Source of the DNA: an uncultured Pseudomonadota bacterium
Lineage (GTDB): Bacteria > Pseudomonadota > Gammaproteobacteria > Methylococcales > Methylomonadaceae
Direction: 5' to 3'
Length of the DNA stretch: 56,967 nt
NCBI GenBank assembly: GCA_963741375.1
Contig: CAVUMJ010000399.1
Coordinates: 1-56,967, forward strand
Shown piece after piece: positions 46,541 through 56,967 of this stretch. The notes below the pieces were generated by a model. That model had not been told where the DNA came from. It saw only the letters and a program-made list of their open reading frames with translations, and made no database searches. Position 1 is the first letter of the stretch. Each line of letters begins with the position of its first letter. The translations under genes were made by a program, and so were the position numbers.

Positions 46541-47500
46541 GTGTTTCTATTTGAACATCAATATCCTTACGATCCGAGCTATGGATATAATCTTGAGGAT
46601 TTATTTCGTGTTTCTGCCCCCAAAACAGTTGATGGTTTTGTAGCATTCTGGCAGCGCCGCTATCAGAATGCCATTGCTCTTGCTCCGGAATATAAACTGG
46701 CGGCTTGTGGAAATCATGCCGGCTTTCAAATATATGATCTGAGTTATCAGTCAACTAATGGCATCATTATCAATGGCTGGGTTTTGATTCCTGAGCATCA
46801 GGAAGTCAAGCAAGGCATCATCGTGGGACATGGCTATGGCGGCAGGGAACAACCGGATTACCATCTAAATATACCAAATACAGCCTTCCTATTTCCCTGC
46901 TTTCGAGGCTTGTCCAGAAGTCGTTGTCAAAACCTCCCGGAACGGCCTGATCTCCACATTTTGTATGGTATCAACAGCCGCGAAGATTATATACTGGGCG
47001 GGTGTGTCGAAGACTTATGGCTAGCTGTTACCGTCATGCTCAAGCATTTTCCGCAAACGCATGATCACATTGGCTATATGGGCATCAGTTTCGGAGGCGG
47101 AATAGGCGCATTGGCATTGCCATGGGATAAGCGCATCCACCGCGGGCATTTTAATGTGCCAACCTTTGGCAATCATCCATTAAGACTCGCTCTCCCCACC
47201 GCCGGAAGCGCTGCTTCAGTCAAACATTATTCTGATTCACATCAAGATGTGCAAAATGTTCTAAGTTATTATGATGCTGCGGTTTCTGCGAGTTATGCTA
47301 ATCAAACTGCACATTTCGCGCTGGCAAAATTTGACCCGGTAGTAGCCCCGCCGGGACAATTTGCAATTTATAACGCCTGGGCAGGCAATAAATCAATTTT
47401 TGTTTTAGACGCAGGCCATTTTGACTATCCCAATCGGACAGAACAAGAGCAAAAATTGATTGCTGAACTACAGGTTTTTTTTGGAGAAATATCAAATTAA
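46541..47500 (+). CDS. Acetylxylan esterase / cephalosporin-C deacetylase-like alpha/beta hydrolase
   Basis: HGYGG, GISFGGG nucleophile elbow, DPVVAPPGQFA, AGH motifs. Confidence 0.85.
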   Translation: MFLFEHQYPYDPSYGYNLEDLFRVSAPKTVDGFVAFWQRRYQNAIALAPEYKLAACGNHAGFQIYDLSYQSTNGIIINGWVLIPEHQEVKQGIIVGHGYGGREQPDYHLNIPNTAFLFPCFRGLSRSRCQNLPERPDLHILYGINSREDYILGGCVEDLWLAVTVMLKHFPQTHDHIGYMGISFGGGIGALALPWDKRIHRGHFNVPTFGNHPLRLALPTAGSAASVKHYSDSHQDVQNVLSYYDAAVSASYANQTAHFALAKFDPVVAPPGQFAIYNAWAGNKSIFVLDAGHFDYPNRTEQEQKLIAELQVFFGEISN

Positions 47501-47503
47501 TTT

Positions 47504-48232
47504 ATGAACCGTGAATATCATCATTGGTATAGTCCTAATTTGGGGCGGGATATGGAACTATTGATATTTGGCGATGCCGGCGCCAAAGTTTTAGTTTTTC
47601 CTACCCGTGATGGCCGATTTTATGAATATGAAGACTTGCGAATAGTCGATAGTTTAAAGGATAAAATCGAAGCGGGCCATCTTCAGCTTTTCTGTTTGGA
47701 CAGTGTTGACCAGGAGAGCTTTTACTGCAACGAAATTAGTCCGGAAGATCGCATAAAACGGCATAAACACTTTGAAAAATATGTGCTTAAGGAGATTTTT
47801 CCATTTGCAAACGCCAGGAATCCTCATCCATATACTATTAGTCATGGTTGTAGCTTAGGGGCTTTTCACGCTGCAAATATCGCTTTTCGGCATCCTCATT
47901 TGTTCCAAAAGCTGGTAGCGCTTTCCGGGCGCTTCGACTTAACTTTGCAGGTAGAGTGTTTTAGAAATTTATTGGATGGACATTATGATCAGGATGTCTA
48001 TTTCCACACCCCTACGCATTTTCTGCCAAATCTAAATTGTGAAACACAAGTGAATGAATTACGAAAAATGGAAATCATCCTGGCCATTGGCAAGGAGGAT
48101 CCGTTTCTGGCAAACAACCATCATCTCAGCCGGATTTTGACGGAAAAAGGCATCAATCATGTTTTGTATGAATGGGAAGGCCGAGCCCACCAAGGCCATT
48201 ATTGGCGGCGTATGGCGCCTTTATATTTATAA
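47504..48232 (+). CDS. Putative esterase family protein
   Basis: SPNLGRDMELLIFG, VFPT, GCSLGAFHA and H...W motifs. Confidence 0.85.
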   Translation: MNREYHHWYSPNLGRDMELLIFGDAGAKVLVFPTRDGRFYEYEDLRIVDSLKDKIEAGHLQLFCLDSVDQESFYCNEISPEDRIKRHKHFEKYVLKEIFPFANARNPHPYTISHGCSLGAFHAANIAFRHPHLFQKLVALSGRFDLTLQVECFRNLLDGHYDQDVYFHTPTHFLPNLNCETQVNELRKMEIILAIGKEDPFLANNHHLSRILTEKGINHVLYEWEGRAHQGHYWRRMAPLYL

Positions 48233-48250
48233 TCCCGGAATCCTCGACTT

Positions 48251-48454
48251 GTCCGCAGATGGGTCAAGGTTAGGGTTGTGCGAAGTGGCAGCCCACAAGC
48301 AACTTCACATGATGCATTGTTTAAGGGACAAGTACAACAAGCCCTTGAGGAAGCAGACCGGCCTGATACAGTGTTTATTCCTCAGGAAGTCGTTATGGGC
48401 AACCTTGAAGTCCGATTGGACAGAATCGCAGCCCAAAAAGGTAAGAAAAGTTAA
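48251..48454 (+). pseudogene. 5'-truncated antitoxin remnant
   Basis: HDALFKGQVQQALEEADRPDTVFIPQEVV resembles the HDAWFR.QVQ.AL C-terminus of RelE/ParE partners; ends 3 bp before the toxin remnant. Confidence 0.5.
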
Positions 48455-48457
48455 GCC

Positions 48458-48747
48458 TTGCATATTCGGTGGACAGAAAAAGCCGAAACCGCCGCAATCA
48501 AGATATTGGAATATATCGTACTGGACAACATAACCGCCGCTTATGGCGTTTATGAGGCAATAGGGCAACACGTTAACCGACCAGGCGAAATATGCTTCAA
48601 GCTAGAAAGAATGTGACGCATCAAAGGAATACGAGAGCTTGTAATTGTGGAGATGCCAAATATTGCAGCTATCGGATTAGCGGCTTTATTGTACAAATTT
48701 TGCGAGTCCTGCATGGTGCAATGGATTGGAAAAAAGCATTTGAGTAA
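48458..48747 (+). pseudogene. RelE/ParE-family toxin pseudogene
   Basis: MHIRWTEKA..ILEYI..DN..AA, an in-frame TGA, RIKGIRELVI, a frameshift, then YRI...VQILRVLHGAMDW. Confidence 0.75.
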
Positions 48748-48763
48748 CAACACCAAAGCCCGC

Positions 48764-48793
48764 GTAGGCACGATTAGCGAAGCGTAATCGCAC
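48764..48793 (+). repeat. GTAG-type REP downstream of RAYT
   Basis: gtaggcacgattagcgaagcgtaatcgcac. Confidence 0.85.
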
Positions 48794-48798
48794 GCATG

Positions 48799-49329
48799 CT
48801 ATTTATCGCCATTAACCACTAAATCTATCTCGCCACACCAGTTGACCGGATAAATTCCTCGCTCTACATAGCGATGAAAACTGGAATATGGCCAGTCCTT
48901 AACTTGACTAACAAGTTTGTGTTTCAGCGGATTAACATGGACATAATCAATATGCCGCTCAAAATCGGCTTCATCTCTAATAGCATGTTCCCAAAAATGC
49001 CGTTGCCAAATTCCGCGTTCATTGGCAGCAATACGCACTACTGACCGGTATTCGGTTTTGGGTAACGCACGAGAAAAGCCGCTTTTAATGAATCGCCAGC
49101 GTGTACTGAAATCGGTGTCATTCGCAGGCAAGGTCCAAACCGCATGCATATGTTCGGGTAATACGACCCAAGCGTTAGTCCTGAAGGGGTAGCGTTTACG
49201 AACAGATTTTACCGTTTCCCGTAATAAATTAACCTCCCGAATCAACAGATTATTATTTTGCCGTTGGAGAAGGTTAACCGTGAAAAACCATGTGCCGCCG
49301 GGAATGAATAATCTACGGTAATTGGACAT
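48799..49329 (-). CDS. rayT: REP-associated tyrosine transposase (RAYT, Y1 HUH)
   Basis: GGTWFFTVNL, WVVLPEHMH, IWQRHFWEHAIRD, YVHVNPLKH, DWPYSS motifs; flanked by inverted REPs. Confidence 0.93.
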   Translation of the reverse strand: MSNYRRLFIPGGTWFFTVNLLQRQNNNLLIREVNLLRETVKSVRKRYPFRTNAWVVLPEHMHAVWTLPANDTDFSTRWRFIKSGFSRALPKTEYRSVVRIAANERGIWQRHFWEHAIRDEADFERHIDYVHVNPLKHKLVSQVKDWPYSSFHRYVERGIYPVNWCGEIDLVVNGDK

Positions 49330-49384
49330 AACGCTCTCAAAATGACAGTGCGAATTATAAGCCTCATTCGTGCGATTACGCTAC

Positions 49385-51147
49385 GAGACTGTGAAAGAAT
49401 TATACATCAAAAAAGAATTATATTATATGCAGGTTGTTGATATATAATGTATTAGTTGTTTTTATGGTATAATTAAGCCATCACATTCTGATTAATAAAA
49501 CAAAATGGCTAAGCGAAATTACAAAGTTGGACAAAATCGATACCAAATGGCAATCCTGCCGCCAAGCATAGATGAGTATATTTCGGAACATAATCCAGTA
49601 CGGGCCATAGAGGCCTATGTCGAAACGCTTACCTTGGCAGATTTAAACTTAAAAAATAGCGAATCAGGTTTAACAGCAGGGCAACCGGCATTTCATCCCA
49701 CTCTCCTGATAAAGCTCTATCTTTATGGATACATGAACCGCATACACAGCAGCCGCAGGCTGGAACGTGAAGCCACGCGAAACCTGGAGGTCATTTGGCT
49801 AGTGGGTAACCTGACACCGAGCTACAAAACCATTGCCAATTTCCGTAAAGACAATAGTGAAGCACTAAAAGCCATTAATAAAGATTTTATCCTGCTCTGT
49901 CGACAACTCAACCTGTTTAAGGGAGAAGAAGTCGCAGTCGATGGCAGCTTTTTTAAAGCGGACGCCAGAAAAGACAGCATTTATACTGACAAAAAACTTG
50001 AGCAACAACTGGCGGAATTAGATAAAAAAATTGAAGCTTATCAACAACAATTGGCCGAGCAAGATGCTCTGGATGACAAAAACCGTCTTGAAAGTTTAGT
50101 TGACGATAAAGACTTAAGCCAAAAAATTGAGCGTCTCAAAAAGCAGCAAGCTCAGAAAAAAGAATTGCAAGACCGGCTAAAAGCTTCGTCAGAAACACAA
50201 ATTTCAACGGTTGACCCGGATGCGCGTCTGCTAAGCAAACGAGGTGAAACCACCGCCGGTTACAATGTCCAAATCGCGGTAGACAGCCAGCACAAACTTA
50301 TCGTTGCCGTGGATGTCACGCAAGACGGGAACGATACCCAATTGTTGATGCCGATGCTGGAAAAAGCCCAAGAGGTTTTACAATCGGACCAAATGATCGG
50401 GCTGGCTGATTCAGGTTATTACAGCGGCGAACAAATTAAACAGGCGAAGGAAAAAGGGGTTGAAATTTATGTACCGATTCCACAAACGCGAGGCCCTAAA
50501 GTAGAAGAAGGTCGTTTTACTCGTGATCAATTTATTTACGATACCGAAAAAGACAGCTATGTCTGTCCACAAGGTGAAAAAATAGCCCGGTGCGGTAAAT
50601 TGCAAAAGCGCAATGGTCGATACACCTATACTTATAAGAGCAAGCGGTCGGTGTGCAAAACTTGTCCGTTACGAGCACAGTGTTTAACAGAGAAGGGCGC
50701 GACTAAAAAAATTGATCGCTGGGCGCATGAAAATCTGGTCGATCAGCATAGAGCGCACATGAAAGGGTCAGCTGAGAAAATGAAAAACCGCAGTAGTTAT
50801 GTCGAACATCCGTTCGGCACACTAAAGCATCGAGCAGGCAAGCGTCATTTTTTAATGCGTGGCCTTGAAAAATGCCAAGGCGAATTTAGCTTAATGGCGT
50901 TGTGTTACAACTTCACCCGAGTACTAAATATACTCGGTGTGGACGCACTCAGGGATTTCTGCGCCCAATTATTAAGGAATGGCAAAAAAAGAACGGTATT
51001 TGCCTAAAATAGGGGCAAAAAATAGCTGTTTTTAGTCAATTTTGCCTTTGCAAATTGAAATTTTTTACAATGCCTTCAAAATTCGGCAAATTTTTGCGAT
51101 TTTTGCTATCTGGGGTTGTGCTCGATTCTGAATTCTTTCACAGTCTC
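49385..51147 (+). mobile_element. IS1182-family insertion sequence, 1763 bp
   Basis: 17-bp perfect IRs gagactgtgaaagaatt / aattctttcacagtctc; 4-bp target duplication CTAC. Confidence 0.95.
49505..51007 (+). CDS. IS1182-family transposase
   Basis: LYLYGY..I.SSRRLE, PSYKTIANFR, AVDGS, DPDAR, ADSGY, VEHPFGTLK motifs. Confidence 0.95.
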   Translation: MAKRNYKVGQNRYQMAILPPSIDEYISEHNPVRAIEAYVETLTLADLNLKNSESGLTAGQPAFHPTLLIKLYLYGYMNRIHSSRRLEREATRNLEVIWLVGNLTPSYKTIANFRKDNSEALKAINKDFILLCRQLNLFKGEEVAVDGSFFKADARKDSIYTDKKLEQQLAELDKKIEAYQQQLAEQDALDDKNRLESLVDDKDLSQKIERLKKQQAQKKELQDRLKASSETQISTVDPDARLLSKRGETTAGYNVQIAVDSQHKLIVAVDVTQDGNDTQLLMPMLEKAQEVLQSDQMIGLADSGYYSGEQIKQAKEKGVEIYVPIPQTRGPKVEEGRFTRDQFIYDTEKDSYVCPQGEKIARCGKLQKRNGRYTYTYKSKRSVCKTCPLRAQCLTEKGATKKIDRWAHENLVDQHRAHMKGSAEKMKNRSSYVEHPFGTLKHRAGKRHFLMRGLEKCQGEFSLMALCYNFTRVLNILGVDALRDFCAQLLRNGKKRTVFA

Positions 51148-51289
51148 CTACGCTAATCGCACCTACACCTTGACTAACGGCTTGTCGCAGATATGCCGTC
51201 ATCGCGCTTTACAACATGATCGTCTGCAACGGGTCGCTATGTTAATCTACACATAGGGGTCGATTTTACCCATTCAGCCCGAATCCGCA

Positions 51290-51476
51290 CCCGCCAAGTT
51301 TTAGATATGCAGACAAAGGCCAAATGCTTAAGAGTTTGGAACCGGTGAATCTGGCAGAGGTGTAGTCGGCACGGATGCCGACTCCAAGCCTATATGGATA
51401 TATTCACGGCGTCCTCTGTCAGATTTGCCGGTTTCAAACTTATTTGGGTGTTCAAGCCTAAATGACTTTGATTCAG
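51290..51476 (+). repeat. 187-bp structured dispersed repeat (MITE-like), copy 1
   Basis: Near-identical to 52535-52721; 28-bp imperfect stem 51333-51360 / 51413-51440 enclosing the hairpin agtcggca-cgga-tgccgact. Confidence 0.9.
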
Positions 51477-51636
51477 AAACCAGAGACGGCAGGGTCAGCT
51501 TCCACATTTACCCACATTTAAACATTTTTCATAAGCATTTTTAAATACAGAACAGAATGGAAGTAGTTGAGCAAAATGCTATATTTTATTGTCGATTCTA
51601 TTTGTTTTTGTTCTAAATTTTTTTACTTAGGACTTA

Positions 51637-51933
51637 TTAAATTCTGCTTTGCCAGACAATCGGATTACGGCTTGAGTGGAAGCAAGCAATTATAAAGATT
51701 GCCTCGTCATGGGAACGAAAGTACAAACCATAGGGGAATCGCCTTAGCTTCGCTCTATGCACATTGGCCAGCATACGCGGAAAACGTAGCGGGTGTTCCA
51801 TGATACGTTCGAGTTGGTACTCAATCTCCGCCCGAAATTCCGCTCCTAACCCCATCTTTTCTTTCTCGTACCAGTCCTGAGCTTCAATGATCTCAAGCCT
51901 GGCGGCGGGCATGACGATAATACTTTTTATCAC
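51637..51933 (-). CDS. RelE/ParE-family toxin
   Basis: ARLEIIEAQDWYE...LGAEF, LRRFPYGLYF, IIACFHSSRNP motifs. Confidence 0.9.
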   Translation of the reverse strand: MIKSIIVMPAARLEIIEAQDWYEKEKMGLGAEFRAEIEYQLERIMEHPLRFPRMLANVHRAKLRRFPYGLYFRSHDEAIFIIACFHSSRNPIVWQSRI

Positions 51934-52145
51934 TGGGTGGTGCGTTCAATCAGCTCGGTCTTTAATTCTTCCCAGCTTACAGAGTGGGCACGATCACTGT
52001 CGAACGTTGCGATGCGGCGCTGTAGTTCCTGAAACTGCGGCATAGGTAAAGGTGTTTCCACTTCATTTAAGCTATCCCAAAGCTCGCTGATCAGGGCCAG
52101 GCGCTCCGGCGCTGTCAGGTGGATGATGTCATCGTGAGTAAGCAT
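51930..52145 (-). CDS. Addiction module antitoxin (TIGR02574-like)
   Basis: LTAPERLALISELWDSL...ELQRR...VSWEELK; overlaps the toxin start by 4 nt. Confidence 0.88.
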   Translation of the reverse strand: MLTHDDIIHLTAPERLALISELWDSLNEVETPLPMPQFQELQRRIATFDSDRAHSVSWEELKTELIERTTQ

Positions 52146-52229
52146 GCTGATTGCGACTCCTCTAAAATTTTGATTCTATAGTATTTTATCTTTGGAATTT
52201 TGCAAGCGTTTTGCTCGAATTTGCTCGAA

Positions 52230-52345
52230 TAAGCTTCTCTAATTTTGGCGTCAAGTAACCCAATTCCTCCTTTTATTTCAGGAATTAAATCGTATTGGAT
52301 GACATTCCAACGTTGCAGAAAATGAGTGGCTTGCGTATTATTCAC
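52230..52345 (-). pseudogene. Possible N-terminal remnant of a DDE transposase
   Basis: QRWNVIQYDLIPEI.. resembles, from memory, the start of some IS5/IS1182-like transposases; no catalytic part remains. Confidence 0.35.
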
Positions 52346-52534
52346 AAAAGTGCGTTGATGTGTGCGTGAGAACTCCTTCTTGCCAAAAATGGCCGCCCTT
52401 TTCTACCTCTTTTCGGGGGGAAATCCGGTTCCCATCTGTTGTTATGCAGCTACCTCCTTTACTATAGCTGACAACTTTTGCAAACCTAACATCAGTTTAT
52501 TTCTGTTTACAGTTATTGGCAAAATTAAACCGAC

Positions 52535-52721
52535 CCCGCCAAGTTTTATTAATGCGGATAAAGGCCAAATGTCTAAGAGTTTGGAACCGGTGAATCTGGC
52601 AGAGGTGTAGTCGGCACGGACGCCGACTCCAAGCCTATATGGACATATTCACGGCGTCCTCTGACAGGTTTGCCGGTTTCAAACTCGTTTGGGTGTTCAA
52701 GCCTAAATGACTTTGATTCAG
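52535..52721 (+). repeat. 187-bp structured dispersed repeat, copy 2
   Basis: Direct repeat of 51290-51476. Confidence 0.9.
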
Positions 52722-52970
52722 TTATTCAAATAACAAAAGCTGTCAGCTTTGAACGCAATTAATCGTGCTCTCATGAATCTCGTTGTTCAGCATCGACTGG
52801 CCAACTCAATTACCGTGATGGGCTGCCTCAATCGGTATCGTCCACGCGATCACTAGAAGATAAGATTCGACTAGCCTTAAACTTCAGATCAACTCGTAGA
52901 CAATCCGGTAGGCACTGACAAACAATTCAACACGTTAACTAACTTTTCCGGAATTAATCCGTTAGTTCTA

Positions 52971-54712
<1,742 letters not shown>

Positions 54713-55012
54713 CAAATCATCTGGGCCGACGGCGGTTATCTCGGAGCCTTGGTTAACTGGGTGAAGCAATTGCGTCCCTTCGGCAAATTGAGATTGGAGG
54801 TTGTCCGCCGTTGCGACAACGTCAAAGGTTTCAAAGTCCTGCCGAGACGATGGGTAGTAGAACGCACGTTCGGCTGGCTGTTTAAGTCGCGGCGCCTGTG
54901 CCGAGATTATGAAGTTCGCTTGGATCACAGTGAGGCGATGATACGGATTTGCATGATTCGAATTATGGTCCGCCGCTTGGCAGCTACATGAGGGCATTTT
55001 CAAAACACGCTC
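54713..55012 (+). mobile_element. 3' end of an IS5-family (IS1031-like) element
   Basis: IWADGGY...GFKVLPRRWVVERTFGWL..SRRLCRDYE with stop at 54991; putative right end ttttcaaaacacgctc followed by TTA. Confidence 0.85.
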
Positions 55013-55613
55013 TTAGCTTTTGAGGGCTAATCAACTACCCTGAAATCATACAAGCAGCACGGGAAACTCAGCAGGAGGGGCCGAACCACGCCAGCAATCC
55101 AAAACAGGTCAGGATTTCAAATCAACACTTATTGCCATCACCGCAACAAGAAGTGCAAACACCTGCGAAACCTTTATTCTGGACACCTCGTTTGTTTTAT
55201 GATGAAGTGACAAAAGAAAAGAGCAGAGAGTCGGAATCAGCATTCGAATTTCGGGGTTTGCTGGTGTTGTAATGTTACTCGGACCGCGTGGGCTATGGAA
55301 TTGACAGCGGTGAATTTGAGGTCGGCTTCGGGGTGGGCAGGCAACGACTACTCACCTCCACGGTTGTGCGCGCGCGTCCTGCGCTTCGCCCCATGCCCAG
55401 CAAACTCACGGGTCGCCTTTTCAATCTACAAACCAGGGAATTCCTCAATCACGAGAGCAGTCGATCAAGGCCAACTAAATGAACCTGTCGGCGCAAGCAT
55501 TTCTCAACATGAGCACGATCACGAACCAATGAGACGATCAAATGAAAACAAAAGAAATAATTTGTCATAATAATGAAGCTTCGAGTACCCTTTTAACAAG
55601 GCCAGTAACTCCT

Positions 55614-56967
55614 ATGAGATCACTAACTAAGTTTTCTTATTTATGGCAGCTAGACGCTGCGCGGCGTCACAAGCCTGGATTACCATTAATTCTGATTTGC
55701 ATGTTTATTCTCGGTTGTTTTGGGTCAACACGACTTAATGCGCAGATACTATTCAACAATTTCGGTCCAGGTCACAGTTTCGATACAAATTCAGGTTGGA
55801 CGATAGGAAACGGTTCCGCTTACGACAATGCCGGTTATTCCCAAGGTCTTCAATTTACACCCTCGCTTTCCGGCACGCTTGGCACTATCGAAGTAGCGCT
55901 GTTCAGCCGTAGCGGCTCAGTCGTGAATGCATCCCTGATGACAGACAATAATGACCAGCCAGGTTCGCTAATAGAGCAGTTTACTTTCAGCGGGATTACA
56001 GGTGTTGCTGCCATATACTCGGCACCGTCAGTTGCTAAGCCGACACTTACGGTCGGAACTTATTACTGGTTCGTAGTGACCGCTCCGGACCCCATCAATG
56101 ATTTCTTCGGATGGGATCGTAACTTAACTGCAACGCCGGCCTTGAATGCACAGCGAATCGGCTCCAACCCTTGGTCCATCAACACAGACTACCAAGGCAC
56201 ACTCGAATTAATCGCAGCTTATAGCAACTTGCGCCCAGTGATCACCACCCAACCCCGCAGCCAAATTGTTTCATTGGGTGCCAATCCCTCGTTAACCGTT
56301 AGCGCTACTGGCACCGAGCCGCTCTCCTACCGGTGGACGCACAACGGAACCAACCTTAGCGATGTTGGGGAGTTCAGCGGCACTGCCACCCCCACGCTCG
56401 CCATTGACAACGTCCAGGCGGCAGACGCAGGAGATTACACCGTGGTCGTTTCCAATGCCAAGGGCTCCGTTACCAGCGCCAAGGCCGTACTGACCATTGG
56501 AGCGTCAATTGCAGTGCAGGTCAGCCAAGGCGGGAAGGTCGCGCCGAATTACAATGGGAGCATTCTGCCTGTCGGAAAGACATACAGAATGACTGCCACT
56601 GCCAATGCAGGTTGCCTTTTCGGCGGCTGGTCGGGCAGCATCAGCACCGGTACGCCCATTTTGTCATTTGTCCTGGAAACCAACGTCGTTCTGGAGGCCA
56701 ATTTTGTGCCCAATCCCTTCCTCCCGAGGCAAGGGACTTACAACGGCCTGTTCCTGGACGCCGACACTGTGACCGAAGCCAGTTCGGGGTTTTTCACCCT
56801 GACGCTCAACAAGAACGGGACGTTCACGGGAAAGATCCTGACCTCGGCTCGCAGTTACAATCTGCCGACGACCCGACCCTTTGGCGTGGGGGGAAAGGTG
56901 GAATTTACGGTTGCGACCAAGGAAGGGGACCATCTGACGTTTAACCTGCAACTCAGCGACGTGGCCG
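55614..56967 (+). CDS. Secreted multi-domain protein (beta-rich N-domain, Ig domain, InlB B-repeat-like unit); partial, runs off the window
   Basis: Open frame from ATG 55614: signal-like LILICMFILGCFG..LNAQ, FNNFGPG, PVITTQP.SQ...LSYRW..NG...DAGDYTVVVSN..GSVTS, F.GWSGS, ANFVPNPF...GTYNGLF. Confidence 0.85.
   Translation, partial: MRSLTKFSYLWQLDAARRHKPGLPLILICMFILGCFGSTRLNAQILFNNFGPGHSFDTNSGWTIGNGSAYDNAGYSQGLQFTPSLSGTLGTIEVALFSRSGSVVNASLMTDNNDQPGSLIEQFTFSGITGVAAIYSAPSVAKPTLTVGTYYWFVVTAPDPINDFFGWDRNLTATPALNAQRIGSNPWSINTDYQGTLELIAAYSNLRPVITTQPRSQIVSLGANPSLTVSATGTEPLSYRWTHNGTNLSDVGEFSGTATPTLAIDNVQAADAGDYTVVVSNAKGSVTSAKAVLTIGASIAVQVSQGGKVAPNYNGSILPVGKTYRMTATANAGCLFGGWSGSISTGTPILSFVLETNVVLEANFVPNPFLPRQGTYNGLFLDADTVTEASSGFFTLTLNKNGTFTGKILTSARSYNLPTTRPFGVGGKVEFTVATKEGDHLTFNLQLSDVA

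Larger units (their letters stand above)
49370..51166 (-). repeat. Second REP, split by IS1182 (halves at 49370-49384 and 51148-51166)
   Basis: Removing the IS and one CTAC gives gtgcgattacgctacgctaatcgcacctac, the reverse complement of GTAGGTGCGATTAGCGTAGCGTAATCGCAC. Confidence 0.88.

Noticed and set aside
55295-55570. Short ORFs and a possible GC-rich stem upstream of the Ig-domain gene
   Set aside because: No recognisable motif, and the pairing is too imperfect to support a call.

Overview
The window looks like three unrelated DNA sources joined together, and its first 31 kb is folded back on itself. (1) Positions 1-15622 are an error-laden reverse complement of 15623-31244, a giant palindrome with its apex at about 15622/15623. 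(2) The palindrome core (about 5458-25800, about 10.2 kb per arm) is a plasmid-like segment that can only be read by comparing the two frameshifted arms. Outward from the apex it carries an HTH-ParA ATPase, a putative replication/centromere-binding wHTH protein with about 20 internal 11-bp repeats, a toxin-first PIN toxin-antitoxin pair, a DUF3892-like gene split by an IS21, a membrane/coiled-coil protein, a replication-relaxation-type nuclease, a structured non-coding region and a truncated IS91-family transposase. (3) About 25800-54712 is gammaproteobacterial chromosome, clean from about 27.3 kb on (Methylococcaceae-like is my impression only). It carries a truncated oafA-like gene, dapF, hflKC, a formyltransferase, a heme-c MCP, LMW-PTP, DLH, gyrA-serC-pheA-hisC-tyrA-aroA-cmk-rpsA-ihfB and two esterases. 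These are followed by a mobile hot spot (decayed TA pair, RAYT with REPs, an IS1182 inserted in a REP, and a TA pair between 187-bp structured repeats), then purA and a truncated hisZ. (4) About 54713-56967 is a third source with an IS5 3' end and a partial secreted Ig-domain protein of Verrucomicrobia style. Both junctions cut genes on both sides, so they are probably chimeric. The best candidate for a new system is the core: possibly the hairpin-telomere end of a linear plasmid with a ParB-less parA-rep cassette. This is a hypothesis, and a library or assembly fold-back cannot be excluded from sequence alone. All family assignments come from motif recognition, not database searches.
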